Source: an uncultured Clostridium sp. (GTDB taxonomy: Bacteria > Bacillota_I > Bacilli_A > RF39 > UBA660). Taken from it: 47,092 nt of DNA. The notes under the pieces are model-generated. The model was not told the origin of the DNA. It ran no database searches and saw only the letters and a list, made by a program, of their open reading frames with translations. Shown piece by piece: positions 28,848-38,834 of this stretch. Where the stretch lies: contig CALZLL010000002.1 of NCBI GenBank assembly GCA_945788325.1, positions 1 to 47,092 of the forward strand, written 5' to 3'. Made by a program: the position numbers and the translations under genes. Each line of letters starts with the position of its first letter. Position 1 is the first letter of the stretch.

Positions 28848-29174
28848 TTAATCATTAACCATCTTATCTATACCACCAAATACCACGTTCATACTTTTCT
28901 TAAAATATTTAGCAAATATCTTTGATGTAAAAAGTCCAAAACTAGATACTTTATTTCCATAATCTTTTTTCATGTTTACAACGTAATTTTCTACCTTTAT
29001 TTCCTTTCCACTTTTTACATCTTCTTCAAACTCTTTTATTTTTTCTTCCGTTAGAGTTGTTTTTTTATTATTTAAGTCTTCATAATATCCTCCAGCTTGC
29101 GCAAAATAAAGAACTAAAAAGGAGAAAAATAAAATCCAAATAAACCCATGAAATATTTTTTTATAACTTATCAT
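28848..29174 (-). CDS. YqxA-like small membrane protein (position-based call)
   Basis: 108 aa with one N-terminal TM helix. It overlaps the spoIIP stop by 4 nt, the position yqxA occupies in Bacillus. I cannot verify sequence similarity. Confidence 0.4.
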   Translation of the reverse strand: MISYKKIFHGFIWILFFSFLVLYFAQAGGYYEDLNNKKTTLTEEKIKEFEEDVKSGKEIKVENYVVNMKKDYGNKVSSFGLFTSKIFAKYFKKSMNVVFGGIDKMVND

Positions 29175-30097
29175 ATTACACCTCTTACGTATTCTAATAT
29201 GACTTCATATATAATATTTATTGTATTTTCTACTTCTTCTTTAGTATTTTCTTTCCCTCCTATTTCTATTAAAAAGGTGTTTTCTGATACGTCTTGATTG
29301 TAAACTCCGTTATATCCTTTGCCACCATGTTTAGCAATACCACGACTAATGTTAGGCACTTTACTTTTAATTAACTCATTTAATTTATTAGCATTTTCAT
29401 AATTTATTTGATTATTAGGATTATCTGTCCCAACAACGAAAAGTACCTTAGCATAGCTTTTATCATTATAAGATATAGTACTTTTATTTTTTGGTACTGA
29501 ATCACGATGAATATCAAAAAAATAAGTTAAAGACGGATACTTTATTATAGCTTCACCTAAATATTTTCTAGAAGCAGTATATGATTTATAATATTTCATA
29601 TCGTTTTGTTCAAGAAATACCTTTATGCTTTGCTCTTCAAAATAGGATGTGTAGCTATTTTTATTTAACATGTCATTTAACTTTTTAGCAGCTTCATATA
29701 CACTATAATCAACATACTCTTCAGTTTGATGAGTATTATAAATATAAATTACTGGTTCTTCTTTTTTTATAGTATTTTCATTTTTTTTATCACTAACACT
29801 CGTTTTTTTTGTTTCTACCTCAACTTGTTTAACATTTTTTATAGTATCATTAAGCAAGGTACTTGGATTATTTATTACTTTGTTTATTTTACTTTCTACT
29901 AGTTTTGATACGTTAAAATTAACATAGTTAACATCTTCATCTAAAACACTTTTTTTTAGTTTGTTATTTTCTAAATATTTAATCATAAATACATATGCAA
30001 AAAAGAAAAAGAACGTAAAAATAACCACCCTTATTTTTTTTAATTTCTTTTTCTTATTATTTATTTTTTTAGCTTTAAATTCTTTCATGATGATCAC
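29171..30097 (-). CDS. spoIIP: Stage II sporulation protein P (SpoIIP amidase family)
   Basis: N-terminal TM helix, IYIYNTHQTEEY, DIHRD, and FLIEIGG. It lies directly downstream of gpr. Confidence 0.8.
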   Translation of the reverse strand: MIIMKEFKAKKINNKKKKLKKIRVVIFTFFFFFAYVFMIKYLENNKLKKSVLDEDVNYVNFNVSKLVESKINKVINNPSTLLNDTIKNVKQVEVETKKTSVSDKKNENTIKKEEPVIYIYNTHQTEEYVDYSVYEAAKKLNDMLNKNSYTSYFEEQSIKVFLEQNDMKYYKSYTASRKYLGEAIIKYPSLTYFFDIHRDSVPKNKSTISYNDKSYAKVLFVVGTDNPNNQINYENANKLNELIKSKVPNISRGIAKHGGKGYNGVYNQDVSENTFLIEIGGKENTKEEVENTINIIYEVILEYVRGVI

Positions 30098-30152
30098 CTA
30101 ATATAAAACTATCATGAAATAATCATTATATTTGTCGAAGTTAGTTTATTAT

Positions 30153-31163
30153 TTATAATTCATGCAAACTATGGTTTATACCATAACTTATTACATCACT
30201 TAACTTTTCTATAACAAAGTCTACTTCTTTTGGAGTAACCATTAAATTATAACCAATCGGTGTTAAAACCTCATACGTTAAATCTTTTAATTCTCTTTCG
30301 TTTAAAGTACCCACTAAACCTAATAAAGTTTTTTTATCATCTTCTGTTACATCTATTTTTCCATTTAAATAATTTACTGGTTTATTTATAAATTTAGAAG
30401 ATTTTTTATTTTGAAAACTTTTATTATATACGTAATTTTTTGTCATATAATTAATTGTATCTGCTACTATAACAACAGCATCAACAACCGTTGGAACCCC
30501 AACTGCAATAACGGGAATACCCAAAGTTTCCTTGGATACTTCCTTTCTTTTATTACCAATACCGCTACCTGGTGAAATACCTGCGTTTGAAACTTGAATA
30601 CTTTTATTTACCCTTGATATCGAACTTGATGCCAAAGCATCAATTACGATTATTAAATCAGGCTTTACTTCTTTTACTACTCCATTAATAAAATCACTTG
30701 TTTCAATTCCGGTAGTGCCAGTTACTCCTGGATAAAATGCCGATACGTTAGAAAAACTTTCATCAACATCTATATTCATATCAAAAAAATGCTTAGTAAC
30801 TATTATTTTATCAGTTGAAAAAGGACCTAATGCATCAGGGGTAGATTTTGCATTACCTAATCCTATAATAGTTGTTTTCATATTCTTTTTGTATCCTACA
30901 ACCTCAAGCATCTTTTTAAATTCTTCCATAAAGACTTTTGAGATGATTTTCTTTGAATCATCATCTGTTACATCATTAAATTCTAAAGTTAAATATGTAC
31001 CTTCTTTTTTACCTATGTTATTATTTTTATCAAGTTTAAGCCATGATATTTTAACTCCATCTTTTATGTAAGAAAGAGGCTTAAACGTTTTTTTATCCTT
31101 TTCAGTTAAATCAATTGCCATATCAGTTCTAATTTCATATTTTTTTAAATCTATATTATGCAT
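30153..31163 (-). CDS. gpr: Germination protease GPR
   Basis: The IRTDMAIDL N-terminal signature, GLGN, and DALA. It is divergent from rpsT, as in Bacillus. Confidence 0.9.
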   Translation of the reverse strand: MHNIDLKKYEIRTDMAIDLTEKDKKTFKPLSYIKDGVKISWLKLDKNNNIGKKEGTYLTLEFNDVTDDDSKKIISKVFMEEFKKMLEVVGYKKNMKTTIIGLGNAKSTPDALGPFSTDKIIVTKHFFDMNIDVDESFSNVSAFYPGVTGTTGIETSDFINGVVKEVKPDLIIVIDALASSSISRVNKSIQVSNAGISPGSGIGNKRKEVSKETLGIPVIAVGVPTVVDAVVIVADTINYMTKNYVYNKSFQNKKSSKFINKPVNYLNGKIDVTEDDKKTLLGLVGTLNERELKDLTYEVLTPIGYNLMVTPKEVDFVIEKLSDVISYGINHSLHEL

Positions 31164-31268
31164 TTATTATCACCTAATTATATTTTTACCAAAAACGTTA
31201 ATTTTTATTGATTTTTTATATTTTTTTTGATAAACTATAAGAAGTTATGTGCGCCAGGAGGTGAAAAA

Positions 31269-31511
31269 ATGCCAAATATTAAAAGTGCTAAAAAAAGAGT
31301 TAAGGTTACAGCTGTAAAACACGATTCTAACATTGGTCCTAAAGGAGCTATGAAAACCGCTGTTAAAAAAGCAAGAAAAGATATTAATCAAGAAAATCTT
31401 AACCTTGCTAATAAAAGAATTGATAAAGCATGTAATAAAGGAATTATCACTAAAAATAAAGCAGCACGTTTAAAATCTAACTTAAGTAAAAAATTAAATG
31501 AAACGAAGTAA
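31269..31511 (+). CDS. rpsT: 30S ribosomal protein S20 (the track ORF begins upstream at 31227)
   Basis: MPNIKSAKKRVKV begins the protein. RBS AGGAGGTG lies 7 nt before the ATG at 31269. Confidence 0.92.
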   Translation: MPNIKSAKKRVKVTAVKHDSNIGPKGAMKTAVKKARKDINQENLNLANKRIDKACNKGIITKNKAARLKSNLSKKLNETK

Positions 31512-31528
31512 TTATACTTCTTTTTTTT
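31505..31528 (+). terminator. rpsT intrinsic terminator
   Basis: GAAGTA-atta-TACTTC followed by T8. Confidence 0.6.
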
Positions 31529-32491
31529 ATGCATTATTGGTATAATATTTATGGTGATAATATGAATGCTAAGAAACTTATTAAAACAACAATCATGGTG
31601 GTAGCAATATTAATTTGTGCTTACTTGATAAAAGATAATTTTTATTTAATAACAAATAAGATTGAATACATATATAAAAAATATTTACAAACAGAAATTA
31701 AACAGACGCTAATTGATAATGATTATCGTAAAAAAGAAAATTATGAGTATGTTAAAATTAATGAAGAAACAACAATAAAAAATAAAAATGATGTTAGGGA
31801 TATGATATATACTTTTTTAGATGCCGGATGGAATGAATACATGGTAATTTGTGATCCTGATTATTTAACCTGTAGCGACGATATAAAACAAATAGTTCAA
31901 AATAATTCTTTCCTAACGGATTTAAGTAATTTTGTACATCCATATAATACGTTTGAAAAAGTTAATACCACTTTTACCTCTACTGGTAAAGTAACTTTAA
32001 AAAAAGAAAATAGATATTCTGATGAACAAATAAAAATGCTAAATGAAAAAGTTGATGAGATATATAACAAATATTATGATTCAAGTAAAAATACTACTGA
32101 AAACATAAAAATATTTCATGATTATATAATTAATAACACAAAGTATGATTCTAATAATACAACTGGCTTATCAAACGTTAATTCAAGTACCGCTTATGGT
32201 GTTTTAATTGATGGTGCTGGAATATGTAGTGGTTATACTGATGCTATGCAACTATTTCTTGAACGTTTAAACGTTAAAAACTATCGTATATCATCAAGTA
32301 GTCACGTATGGAACTTAGTATACGTAGAAGGTAAATGGTTACATTTAGATCTTACGTGGGATGATCCAATTATGAGCGATGGTTCTGATGCTTTAAATGA
32401 TGATTACTTTTTAATAGATACTAATACTTTAATAAGTAAAGATGATGGAGAGCATAACTTTGATAATTCAATTTATATAGAAGCAAAATAA
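31529..32491 (+). CDS. Transglutaminase-like cysteine protease domain membrane protein (likely start ATG 31562, MNAKKLIK)
   Basis: N-terminal TM helix. GICSGYTDAMQLF...SSSHVWNLV...LDLTWDDP supplies the Cys-His-Asp transglutaminase core. Confidence 0.7.
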   Translation: MHYWYNIYGDNMNAKKLIKTTIMVVAILICAYLIKDNFYLITNKIEYIYKKYLQTEIKQTLIDNDYRKKENYEYVKINEETTIKNKNDVRDMIYTFLDAGWNEYMVICDPDYLTCSDDIKQIVQNNSFLTDLSNFVHPYNTFEKVNTTFTSTGKVTLKKENRYSDEQIKMLNEKVDEIYNKYYDSSKNTTENIKIFHDYIINNTKYDSNNTTGLSNVNSSTAYGVLIDGAGICSGYTDAMQLFLERLNVKNYRISSSSHVWNLVYVEGKWLHLDLTWDDPIMSDGSDALNDDYFLIDTNTLISKDDGEHNFDNSIYIEAK

Positions 32492-32519
32492 AAAAATTCC
32501 AATTTTTCTGGAATTTTTT
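32491..32519. terminator. Bidirectional terminator
   Basis: AAAAAATTCCA-atttttc-TGGAATTTTTT lies between convergent genes. Confidence 0.55.
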
Positions 32520-32700
32520 ATTTAAACAAATTAGCTATTGATGCCTTAAGTGCTTCATACATGCTAGGATTAACCACTGATAATGCTGCTAAAGATAATA
32601 ATAAAAGTAATATTATTACTACGATTGCAAAACTAATGTTTGCAGCTTTCATTGTATCTTTATCTATTTTAGATGGTCTTCCTACTTTTCCCTTAGCCAT
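32518..32700 (-). CDS. Small 60-aa membrane protein (ATG 32700 preferred over the track start at 32736)
   Basis: MAKGKVGRPSKIDKD followed by one TM helix. RBS AGAGGTG lies upstream of the ATG. Confidence 0.4.
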   Translation of the reverse strand: MAKGKVGRPSKIDKDTMKAANISFAIVVIILLLLLSLAALSVVNPSMYEALKASIANLFK

Positions 32701-32742
32701 ATAAAAGCACCTCTTTCTACTATTAATATAATACAAAAAATA

Positions 32743-33615
32743 TTAATTATTTTCAATATAATCAATTACTTCATTAATAGTTTCATCAAATTTATTTATG
32801 TTTATGTCAAACCACTTGACATTCATTTGATGTTTAAACCAAGTATATTGTCTTTTAGCGTAATTACGTGATTTTTTCTTTATTAAGTCTTTAGCTTCTT
32901 CTAACGTTATTTTTTTATCAAAATAAGGATATAATTCCTTGTATGCTATAGCAGTATTAATAGCTTTTCCAGTTATTTTATTATCATAAAAATATTTAGC
33001 TTCATCTAATAATCCGTTATCTATCATTTCATCTACCCTATTATTTATGGCATCATATAATTCTTCTCTAGGTCTTGTAAGACCTATTATTTTAGCATCA
33101 TATAACATCTTATCAGAAATAACTTTATCATTTACATCATGATTATTTAAAAAGCTTTCTAATCTTTGTCTATTATTAACATGAATCTTAGTATCATTAT
33201 CTATTTTCTTTACCATGCTATATAATTCATCATTAGAATAATTAGAGAAATCTTTTTTTTCACTATTTTCTTTAAATTCATAATTATAAAGTAATGCTTT
33301 TAAATATAAACCTGTACCACCAACAATAACAACGTTTTTATTTTCTTTTAATAATTTATTAAGTACGTTTCTTGCATCTTTTTGATAATCATATACTGAA
33401 TAATCTTCATCAACATTTTTAATATCTATCATATGATGCTTAATACCATCTTTTTCTTCTTCTGTTACCTTAGCCGTTCCAATGTCCATTTTTCTATATA
33501 TTTGCATACTATCACATGATATTATCTCTGCGTTATATTTTTTAGCTAGCTCAATAGACATCTTGGTTTTGCCAACTGCCGTTGGTCCTACTACTGCCAT
33601 TATCACCAATATCAC
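32743..33615 (-). CDS. miaA: tRNA dimethylallyltransferase MiaA
   Basis: VVGPTAVGKT P-loop, SCDSMQIYRKMDIGTAK, and a C-terminal YAKRQ.TWF motif. Confidence 0.92.
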   Translation of the reverse strand: MILVIMAVVGPTAVGKTKMSIELAKKYNAEIISCDSMQIYRKMDIGTAKVTEEEKDGIKHHMIDIKNVDEDYSVYDYQKDARNVLNKLLKENKNVVIVGGTGLYLKALLYNYEFKENSEKKDFSNYSNDELYSMVKKIDNDTKIHVNNRQRLESFLNNHDVNDKVISDKMLYDAKIIGLTRPREELYDAINNRVDEMIDNGLLDEAKYFYDNKITGKAINTAIAYKELYPYFDKKITLEEAKDLIKKKSRNYAKRQYTWFKHQMNVKWFDININKFDETINEVIDYIENN

Positions 33616-34235
33616 ATCCTTATTTCTTTTTTTATTACATCATCATCTTGATAACTATCAAAATAATCTTTCATTATTTTTTTATATGCTTCATCTAATA
33701 ATTTTAAATTGTATTTTAATATATCATCTAAACTTATATCATCTACTACTTGATAAAAATCACAATCAACTATTTTAAAGTCCCCGTTATAATAAATTAT
33801 GTTATCCGGTTTTATATCATTTATTTTTATCTTATTATAAGATAATGTTTGTATTTTATTTAATATAATATTATAAGCTTTTTCTATATCTTCTTCATTA
33901 ATATTTATTTTTCCTAACTTATATTTTAATAGGATATTTTTTAAATTAGGTCCATTATAATATGGCATGGTATACCCAGTAAATTTATCATTTACATAAA
34001 CTAAATTTATAGGTAAAGAAACGCCATCAATTCTTATTTTTGATAATTCGTCTAATCTTTTTTCTATATCTATTTTTTTTAAAATTTCTTTATCCATATC
34101 AAGATATTTTAAAGCTTTATTAAAAAATAAATAACAGCTACCAAAATTACCTTTATGTCTTGAATTAGTAATTGGCTTTAAATTCTTAATATCATAAGGA
34201 CTAATTTCTATTTTCATATTCTTTTCTCCAAACAT
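33612..34235 (-). CDS. Minimal protein-kinase-fold protein (207 aa)
   Basis: A Gly-rich loop-like GNFGSCYLF. The catalytic-loop-like NDIKPDNIIY fits D.KP.N, and IVDCDF sits where DFG would be. It overlaps the miaA start by 4 nt. Confidence 0.5.
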   Translation of the reverse strand: MFGEKNMKIEISPYDIKNLKPITNSRHKGNFGSCYLFFNKALKYLDMDKEILKKIDIEKRLDELSKIRIDGVSLPINLVYVNDKFTGYTMPYYNGPNLKNILLKYKLGKININEEDIEKAYNIILNKIQTLSYNKIKINDIKPDNIIYYNGDFKIVDCDFYQVVDDISLDDILKYNLKLLDEAYKKIMKDYFDSYQDDDVIKKEIRM

Positions 34236-34258
34236 TATTTAATTATACATATCCAAAA

Positions 34259-36046
34259 TTACATAGCTCTTTTAAATAACTTTTCTAGTTCATAATTACT
34301 ATAAAAAATAGTAGTAGGTCTTCCATGTGGACATGTATATGGATTTTCACATTTTCTTAAATCATTAACAAGTGCTTCCATTTCTTCCATACTTATGTTT
34401 GTATTAGCTTTTATAGCCATTTTACAACTAAGCATAATAGCAGCTTTTTCCCTAAATTTTTCAATGGTAAAATGTTTTTCTTCACTAATTAATACTTCAA
34501 TTATTTTCTTTATACTTTCTATCTCGTAACCTTCTTTAATCCAAGTTGGATGTTCTTTTATAACAAAAGAATTAATACCTGATTCTTCAATGTCAAAATG
34601 CATATCTGTTAAAATGTTTAAATTTTGTTTTATTATAATAAATTCATTTGATGGAAATTCAAGTGTTAAAGGAATAAGCATTCTTATACTATCACTTTTA
34701 GGATTACCGAATGATTTTAAATATCCTTCATAGTTAATTCTTTCTTTAGCAGCATGTTGATCTATCATGTAAAGACCTAGTTCGTTATGACAAATTATAT
34801 ATGTTCCTTTAGCTAAACCAACAGGATACATTTCTGGCATAATAACTTTTTTCTTTTCATCATCGAAAGATATCTCTTCTTCGTTGTTATAACTTTCTAT
34901 ATCTTCATTTACTTCCATAACAGATTCATCAAACAATGAATAATCTATGATATCACTTTCAATAACATTTTCCCTTTCTAGGTTTAGCCTTTGAAGTTCT
35001 ACTCTTGGTTTTTCTTCTTTAATTTCTTTTTTCTCTATTTTTGGAATTAGAAGAGCTTTATCTAATACTTCTTTTATTCCTTGTTTTATTAATTCTTTTA
35101 AGTCATCAAAATTACTAAATTTTATATCTAGTTTGGATGGATGAACGTTTACGTCTATAAGTGATGGATCAGTATTTATATTTAAAACAACGATTGGATA
35201 TCTTGTTTCTGGTTTATATGTATGATAAGCATCATTTATAGCACGATTTAATTCATTATTTCTTACTACCCTATTATTAACGAGCGTAATCATATGTGCT
35301 CTAGAAGATCTTGTAACTTCTGGTAATGAGATAAAACCATCAACGTCATAATCATCGTTAAATACCGATATTTTTTTCATTTTTCTAGCTACTTCACTAC
35401 CATATATTTCTTTTATTACCTTAAGTAAATTACCAGAACCATCAGTATTTAACAATACTTTATCATCACTTATTAAAGTAAACTTTTTATCTGGATAAGA
35501 AAGAGCCATTTTGTTTACGTACTCACATACGTTTGCTAATTCACTATATATACTATTTAAATATTTTAATCTAGCTGGAGTATTATAAAACAAGTTTTTT
35601 ATGGTTATTTCAGTACCACGTCTTGCGTCAGAAGCTTCATCACTTATTAATTTGCCACCATTTATTTTAAGTTTAGTACCAACATCTCCAGTAGATGTTT
35701 TTAAAGTAACTTCAGAAACTGATGCAATTGAAGGTAACGCCTCTCCTCTAAAACCTAATGATGAAATTCTAAAAAGACTCATTTCATCTAAAAGTTTACT
35801 TGTTGCGTGCCTTTGAAAAGCCATTAAAGCATCATCGTGATCCATACCAGTTCCATTGTCTATTACTTTTATTAGTTTAGTACCAGCTTCTACAACTTCT
35901 ATTTTTATTTCATCCGCTCCTGCGTCCACACTGTTTTCAACTAATTCTTTTACTACGCTAACACATTTTTCAACAACTTCTCCCGCTGCTATTTTATTTG
36001 CTAAAGAATCATCCATTACTTTTATTTTACTCATTTTATACTTCAC
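34259..36046 (-). CDS. mutL: DNA mismatch repair protein MutL
   Basis: GHKL ATPase motifs (IAAGEVVE, ELVENSVDAG, DNGTGM, GFRGEAL) and a C-terminal dimerisation domain ending in CPHGRPT. Confidence 0.95.
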   Translation of the reverse strand: MKYKMSKIKVMDDSLANKIAAGEVVEKCVSVVKELVENSVDAGADEIKIEVVEAGTKLIKVIDNGTGMDHDDALMAFQRHATSKLLDEMSLFRISSLGFRGEALPSIASVSEVTLKTSTGDVGTKLKINGGKLISDEASDARRGTEITIKNLFYNTPARLKYLNSIYSELANVCEYVNKMALSYPDKKFTLISDDKVLLNTDGSGNLLKVIKEIYGSEVARKMKKISVFNDDYDVDGFISLPEVTRSSRAHMITLVNNRVVRNNELNRAINDAYHTYKPETRYPIVVLNINTDPSLIDVNVHPSKLDIKFSNFDDLKELIKQGIKEVLDKALLIPKIEKKEIKEEKPRVELQRLNLERENVIESDIIDYSLFDESVMEVNEDIESYNNEEEISFDDEKKKVIMPEMYPVGLAKGTYIICHNELGLYMIDQHAAKERINYEGYLKSFGNPKSDSIRMLIPLTLEFPSNEFIIIKQNLNILTDMHFDIEESGINSFVIKEHPTWIKEGYEIESIKKIIEVLISEEKHFTIEKFREKAAIMLSCKMAIKANTNISMEEMEALVNDLRKCENPYTCPHGRPTTIFYSNYELEKLFKRAM

Positions 36047-36130
36047 CTTCCAACATAAAAATTATATCATATTTTAACTAATAACCCAATTTATTTTATT
36101 ACATATAATACTTTGAGGAAGGTGAAGTAA

Positions 36131-36394
36131 ATGAATCAAAAAAACCAAGTTTCTACACAAATACCATATAATAACATGATGTATGGATATTACGTGCCTG
36201 CTGGTTATCAAACAAGTAATAATAAAGACGAAAGACTCGCTGGTGGATTTGTATTTCCTTTTTTATTAGGCGGTGTAACAGGTGCTGCAATAGCTCCTGC
36301 ATTTTGGAATAATGGATATGGTTACAATAGAAGACCAGTATATTATTATCAACCAGGTCCTTATTATCCATACCCACCTAGAAGATGGTTTTAA
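36131..36394 (+). CDS. Small Tyr/Pro/Gly-rich protein with a central hydrophobic segment (87 aa)
   Basis: Strong RBS GAGGAAGGTGA. Composition is biased (YGYYVP, GYGYNRRPVYYYQPGPYYPYPPRRWF). A terminator follows directly. Confidence 0.5.
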   Translation: MNQKNQVSTQIPYNNMMYGYYVPAGYQTSNNKDERLAGGFVFPFLLGGVTGAAIAPAFWNNGYGYNRRPVYYYQPGPYYPYPPRRWF

Positions 36395-36398
36395 TAAT

Positions 36399-36422
36399 AA
36401 AACTAACCAATTGGTTAGTTTT
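36399..36422. terminator. Bidirectional terminator
   Basis: AAAACTAACCAA/TTGGTTAGTTTT is a perfect palindrome between convergent ORFs. Confidence 0.55.
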
Positions 36423-36426
36423 GTTT

Positions 36427-36960
36427 TTATTTTAAATTTAATTTATAGGTAGCGACATAATCATATTTAATTTCTTTATTACCATCGACATAAATTTTTG
36501 CAGCAACAGGATTATTTATTATATTATTTTCTGAATCCAAAAAACTTATTTTTTTAAAATAACCATTTTTATGACTCCAATTAAAATTATCAATTTGTTT
36601 TAGAAAATGAAAATCTGTCATAAATAGACCACATTCATAATATGGCTTTGTATTAAATAATGCTATTTTCCACTCTTTTTTGTTCAATTCATAATCTATA
36701 TTTACTTCTTCAATATTTATACTTAATATTTTTAAATCTTCCTTTAAAGCATAAATTAATTCATCGTTTGTCTGAATAGAACAATAATTATTACTTACCG
36801 TTCCCACATTATAAACATCCATATTACTTTTTTCCTCTAATTCTTGAGATGATAAATCAATTCCTAAAGCCCATGCATAACAATTTGTATCATCTATGTT
36901 ATCCCATGATAATTTCCATGGATTAATATTTTGAATTATATTTTTAATAATCTCATTCAT
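36427..36960 (-). CDS. Hypothetical 177-aa protein
   Basis: ORF only. It contains an NCYAWALG motif and downstream His residues (FHFLKQ, WSHKNG). No family confidently recognised. Confidence 0.45.
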   Translation of the reverse strand: MNEIIKNIIQNINPWKLSWDNIDDTNCYAWALGIDLSSQELEEKSNMDVYNVGTVSNNYCSIQTNDELIYALKEDLKILSINIEEVNIDYELNKKEWKIALFNTKPYYECGLFMTDFHFLKQIDNFNWSHKNGYFKKISFLDSENNIINNPVAAKIYVDGNKEIKYDYVATYKLNLK

Positions 36961-37014
36961 TAATAATCACCTATGGGTATTTATTCTAACATATATATAA
37001 ATTATAATCCATAA

Positions 37015-38217
37015 CTAATAAAGATAACTTATATCAACGTTACCATTTATTCCGGGAACCCTTCCTTTAGAAGTATATTGCCACATTGAATAATAATCAT
37101 CATATTTACAAGTTTTATTATATTCCGCTACCCAATCAACGTATTTTTTAGAAATACTACCTAGCCTATTCATGGCATACCATCTTCCAGAGTATACTTT
37201 AACTTTATATTTATAATTCGTATAATTACTAACACTATTTATATAATGTTGAATAATTTTATCATACATATTTTTAGTAATACTATTTGAATTACTACTT
37301 TTTGTACTCCAACTTTCTATGTCATAATAAATACCTAAACTAGGATGTATATCATATTTACTAATCATTTTGTTAGTAAAATCCGCTTCTTTTTTTGCAC
37401 CATTTAAAGTACTTGCATAACTAAATAAATATATACCATAAGGTATGTTTAATCGTTTTAACTCACTTAAATTTCTTTCAAACTTTTTATCTAAAGTTTC
37501 ATAATATCCCAATCTTAATATTACCCCATAGCAATCACTTTCTTTTGAAAAAGTATCCCAATTGATATCTCGTTGATAATAACTTACATCAACTACCTTA
37601 ATATTATTAGTTCCTAAATATTTACCAACGGGTGAAAAATAATGATTTACACCATCGATACTTTTTATACCAGTTATTTTACTATCATTTTCATAATAGT
37701 AAGTATTACCATCTTCATCATAAAAACCATTTTTTATATTAGTATAATTTTCTTTTACTTCTTCAATAATTTCTTGTTTTTCTTCGTCATTACTTATTTG
37801 TTCAGATGAACTATTATTTAAATTATCATCTTTATTTTCATCTATTTCTAAAATATCTTCTACTTTATTTTCATCAATAACTAATTCTTCTTTTTCATCT
37901 GTTATATCTTCTTCATTTATAACATCATTAATAATCATATTATTTTCTTCTTTACTAATGCTTTTTTCACTTTCAAACATAATTTCATCTTCAACTAAAT
38001 TATTACTAGTTTTTTTATAACCATCATAATAACTAATTGTGTAATCCTGATTAATTTTTGGAACATTTGCTACATAAAATTCATATTTTTTTGTTTCTAT
38101 ATTTTCTTGCTTACTTTCTTGTCTTAAATTCTTACTATTTTTTTCATTACTTAATATATTTTTATTATTTATGAATAAGAATATAAAACTAATAATTATT
38201 ATTACTACTTTCTTCAT
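37015..38217 (-). CDS. Secreted GH25-family muramidase with an acidic linker and one cell-wall-binding-type repeat
   Basis: Signal or TM segment at the N-terminus. NGFYDEDGNTYYYENDSKITG is a CW-binding-like repeat. GH25 motifs are VVDVSYYQRDINW, GVILRLGY, GIYLFSY and YYDIE. RBS AAGGAGG. Confidence 0.78.
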   Translation of the reverse strand: MKKVVIIIISFIFLFINNKNILSNEKNSKNLRQESKQENIETKKYEFYVANVPKINQDYTISYYDGYKKTSNNLVEDEIMFESEKSISKEENNMIINDVINEEDITDEKEELVIDENKVEDILEIDENKDDNLNNSSSEQISNDEEKQEIIEEVKENYTNIKNGFYDEDGNTYYYENDSKITGIKSIDGVNHYFSPVGKYLGTNNIKVVDVSYYQRDINWDTFSKESDCYGVILRLGYYETLDKKFERNLSELKRLNIPYGIYLFSYASTLNGAKKEADFTNKMISKYDIHPSLGIYYDIESWSTKSSNSNSITKNMYDKIIQHYINSVSNYTNYKYKVKVYSGRWYAMNRLGSISKKYVDWVAEYNKTCKYDDYYSMWQYTSKGRVPGINGNVDISYLY

Positions 38218-38353
38218 TAAAACCTCCTTTTAAAAATATTTATATAAAATAAAAAAAGTAAGAGTTATATTTTTTTATCACCTCCTACTTTATTTATTAG
38301 ACATAACTTTTAAAATCCCCCTAATTTTTTCAAAATAAAAAGAGCATTAAGCT

Positions 38354-38800
38354 CTAATATCCTAATTCATTAAGTACCTTTTTTATATCTTTTTTATTAT
38401 CTATATTAACTGATACATATATTAGTATATTCTTATTTCTAGAAACTACGTTATAATAATCATTAGTTTCTTGAATATATTTATCATAATTTTTAGCACT
38501 TTTTAATTTTCCTTTATATTTTTTATTAGCTTTAAACATTTTCATATTGTTTTCAAAAGCTAATTTTGCTGATTCATCATTTTTAAATACATAATACTCT
38601 ATTTGGTATGTTCTGTTATTAGCAGTTCTTACAACGCTAATATTAGAATCTTCAATACTATCAGTTATATCATTTGTATCAAATCCCATTTCGATAAGTT
38701 TATTATTTAAGCCATTATCTGTTAAAATTGTTTTTCCTCCGCAAGCACTTAAAGTAAATAATACAAAAATAACTACTAAAAATTTCAACATATTTTTCAT
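38354..38800 (-). CDS. Hypothetical lipoprotein
   Basis: Lipobox LFTLSAC-GG after a signal sequence. The terminator AGAGC-ttaat-GCTCT with a T-run overlaps the stop. Confidence 0.6.
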   Translation of the reverse strand: MKNMLKFLVVIFVLFTLSACGGKTILTDNGLNNKLIEMGFDTNDITDSIEDSNISVVRTANNRTYQIEYYVFKNDESAKLAFENNMKMFKANKKYKGKLKSAKNYDKYIQETNDYYNVVSRNKNILIYVSVNIDNKKDIKKVLNELGY

Positions 38801-38834
38801 AATTAATCACCTCTATCATTATAACATTGATATT

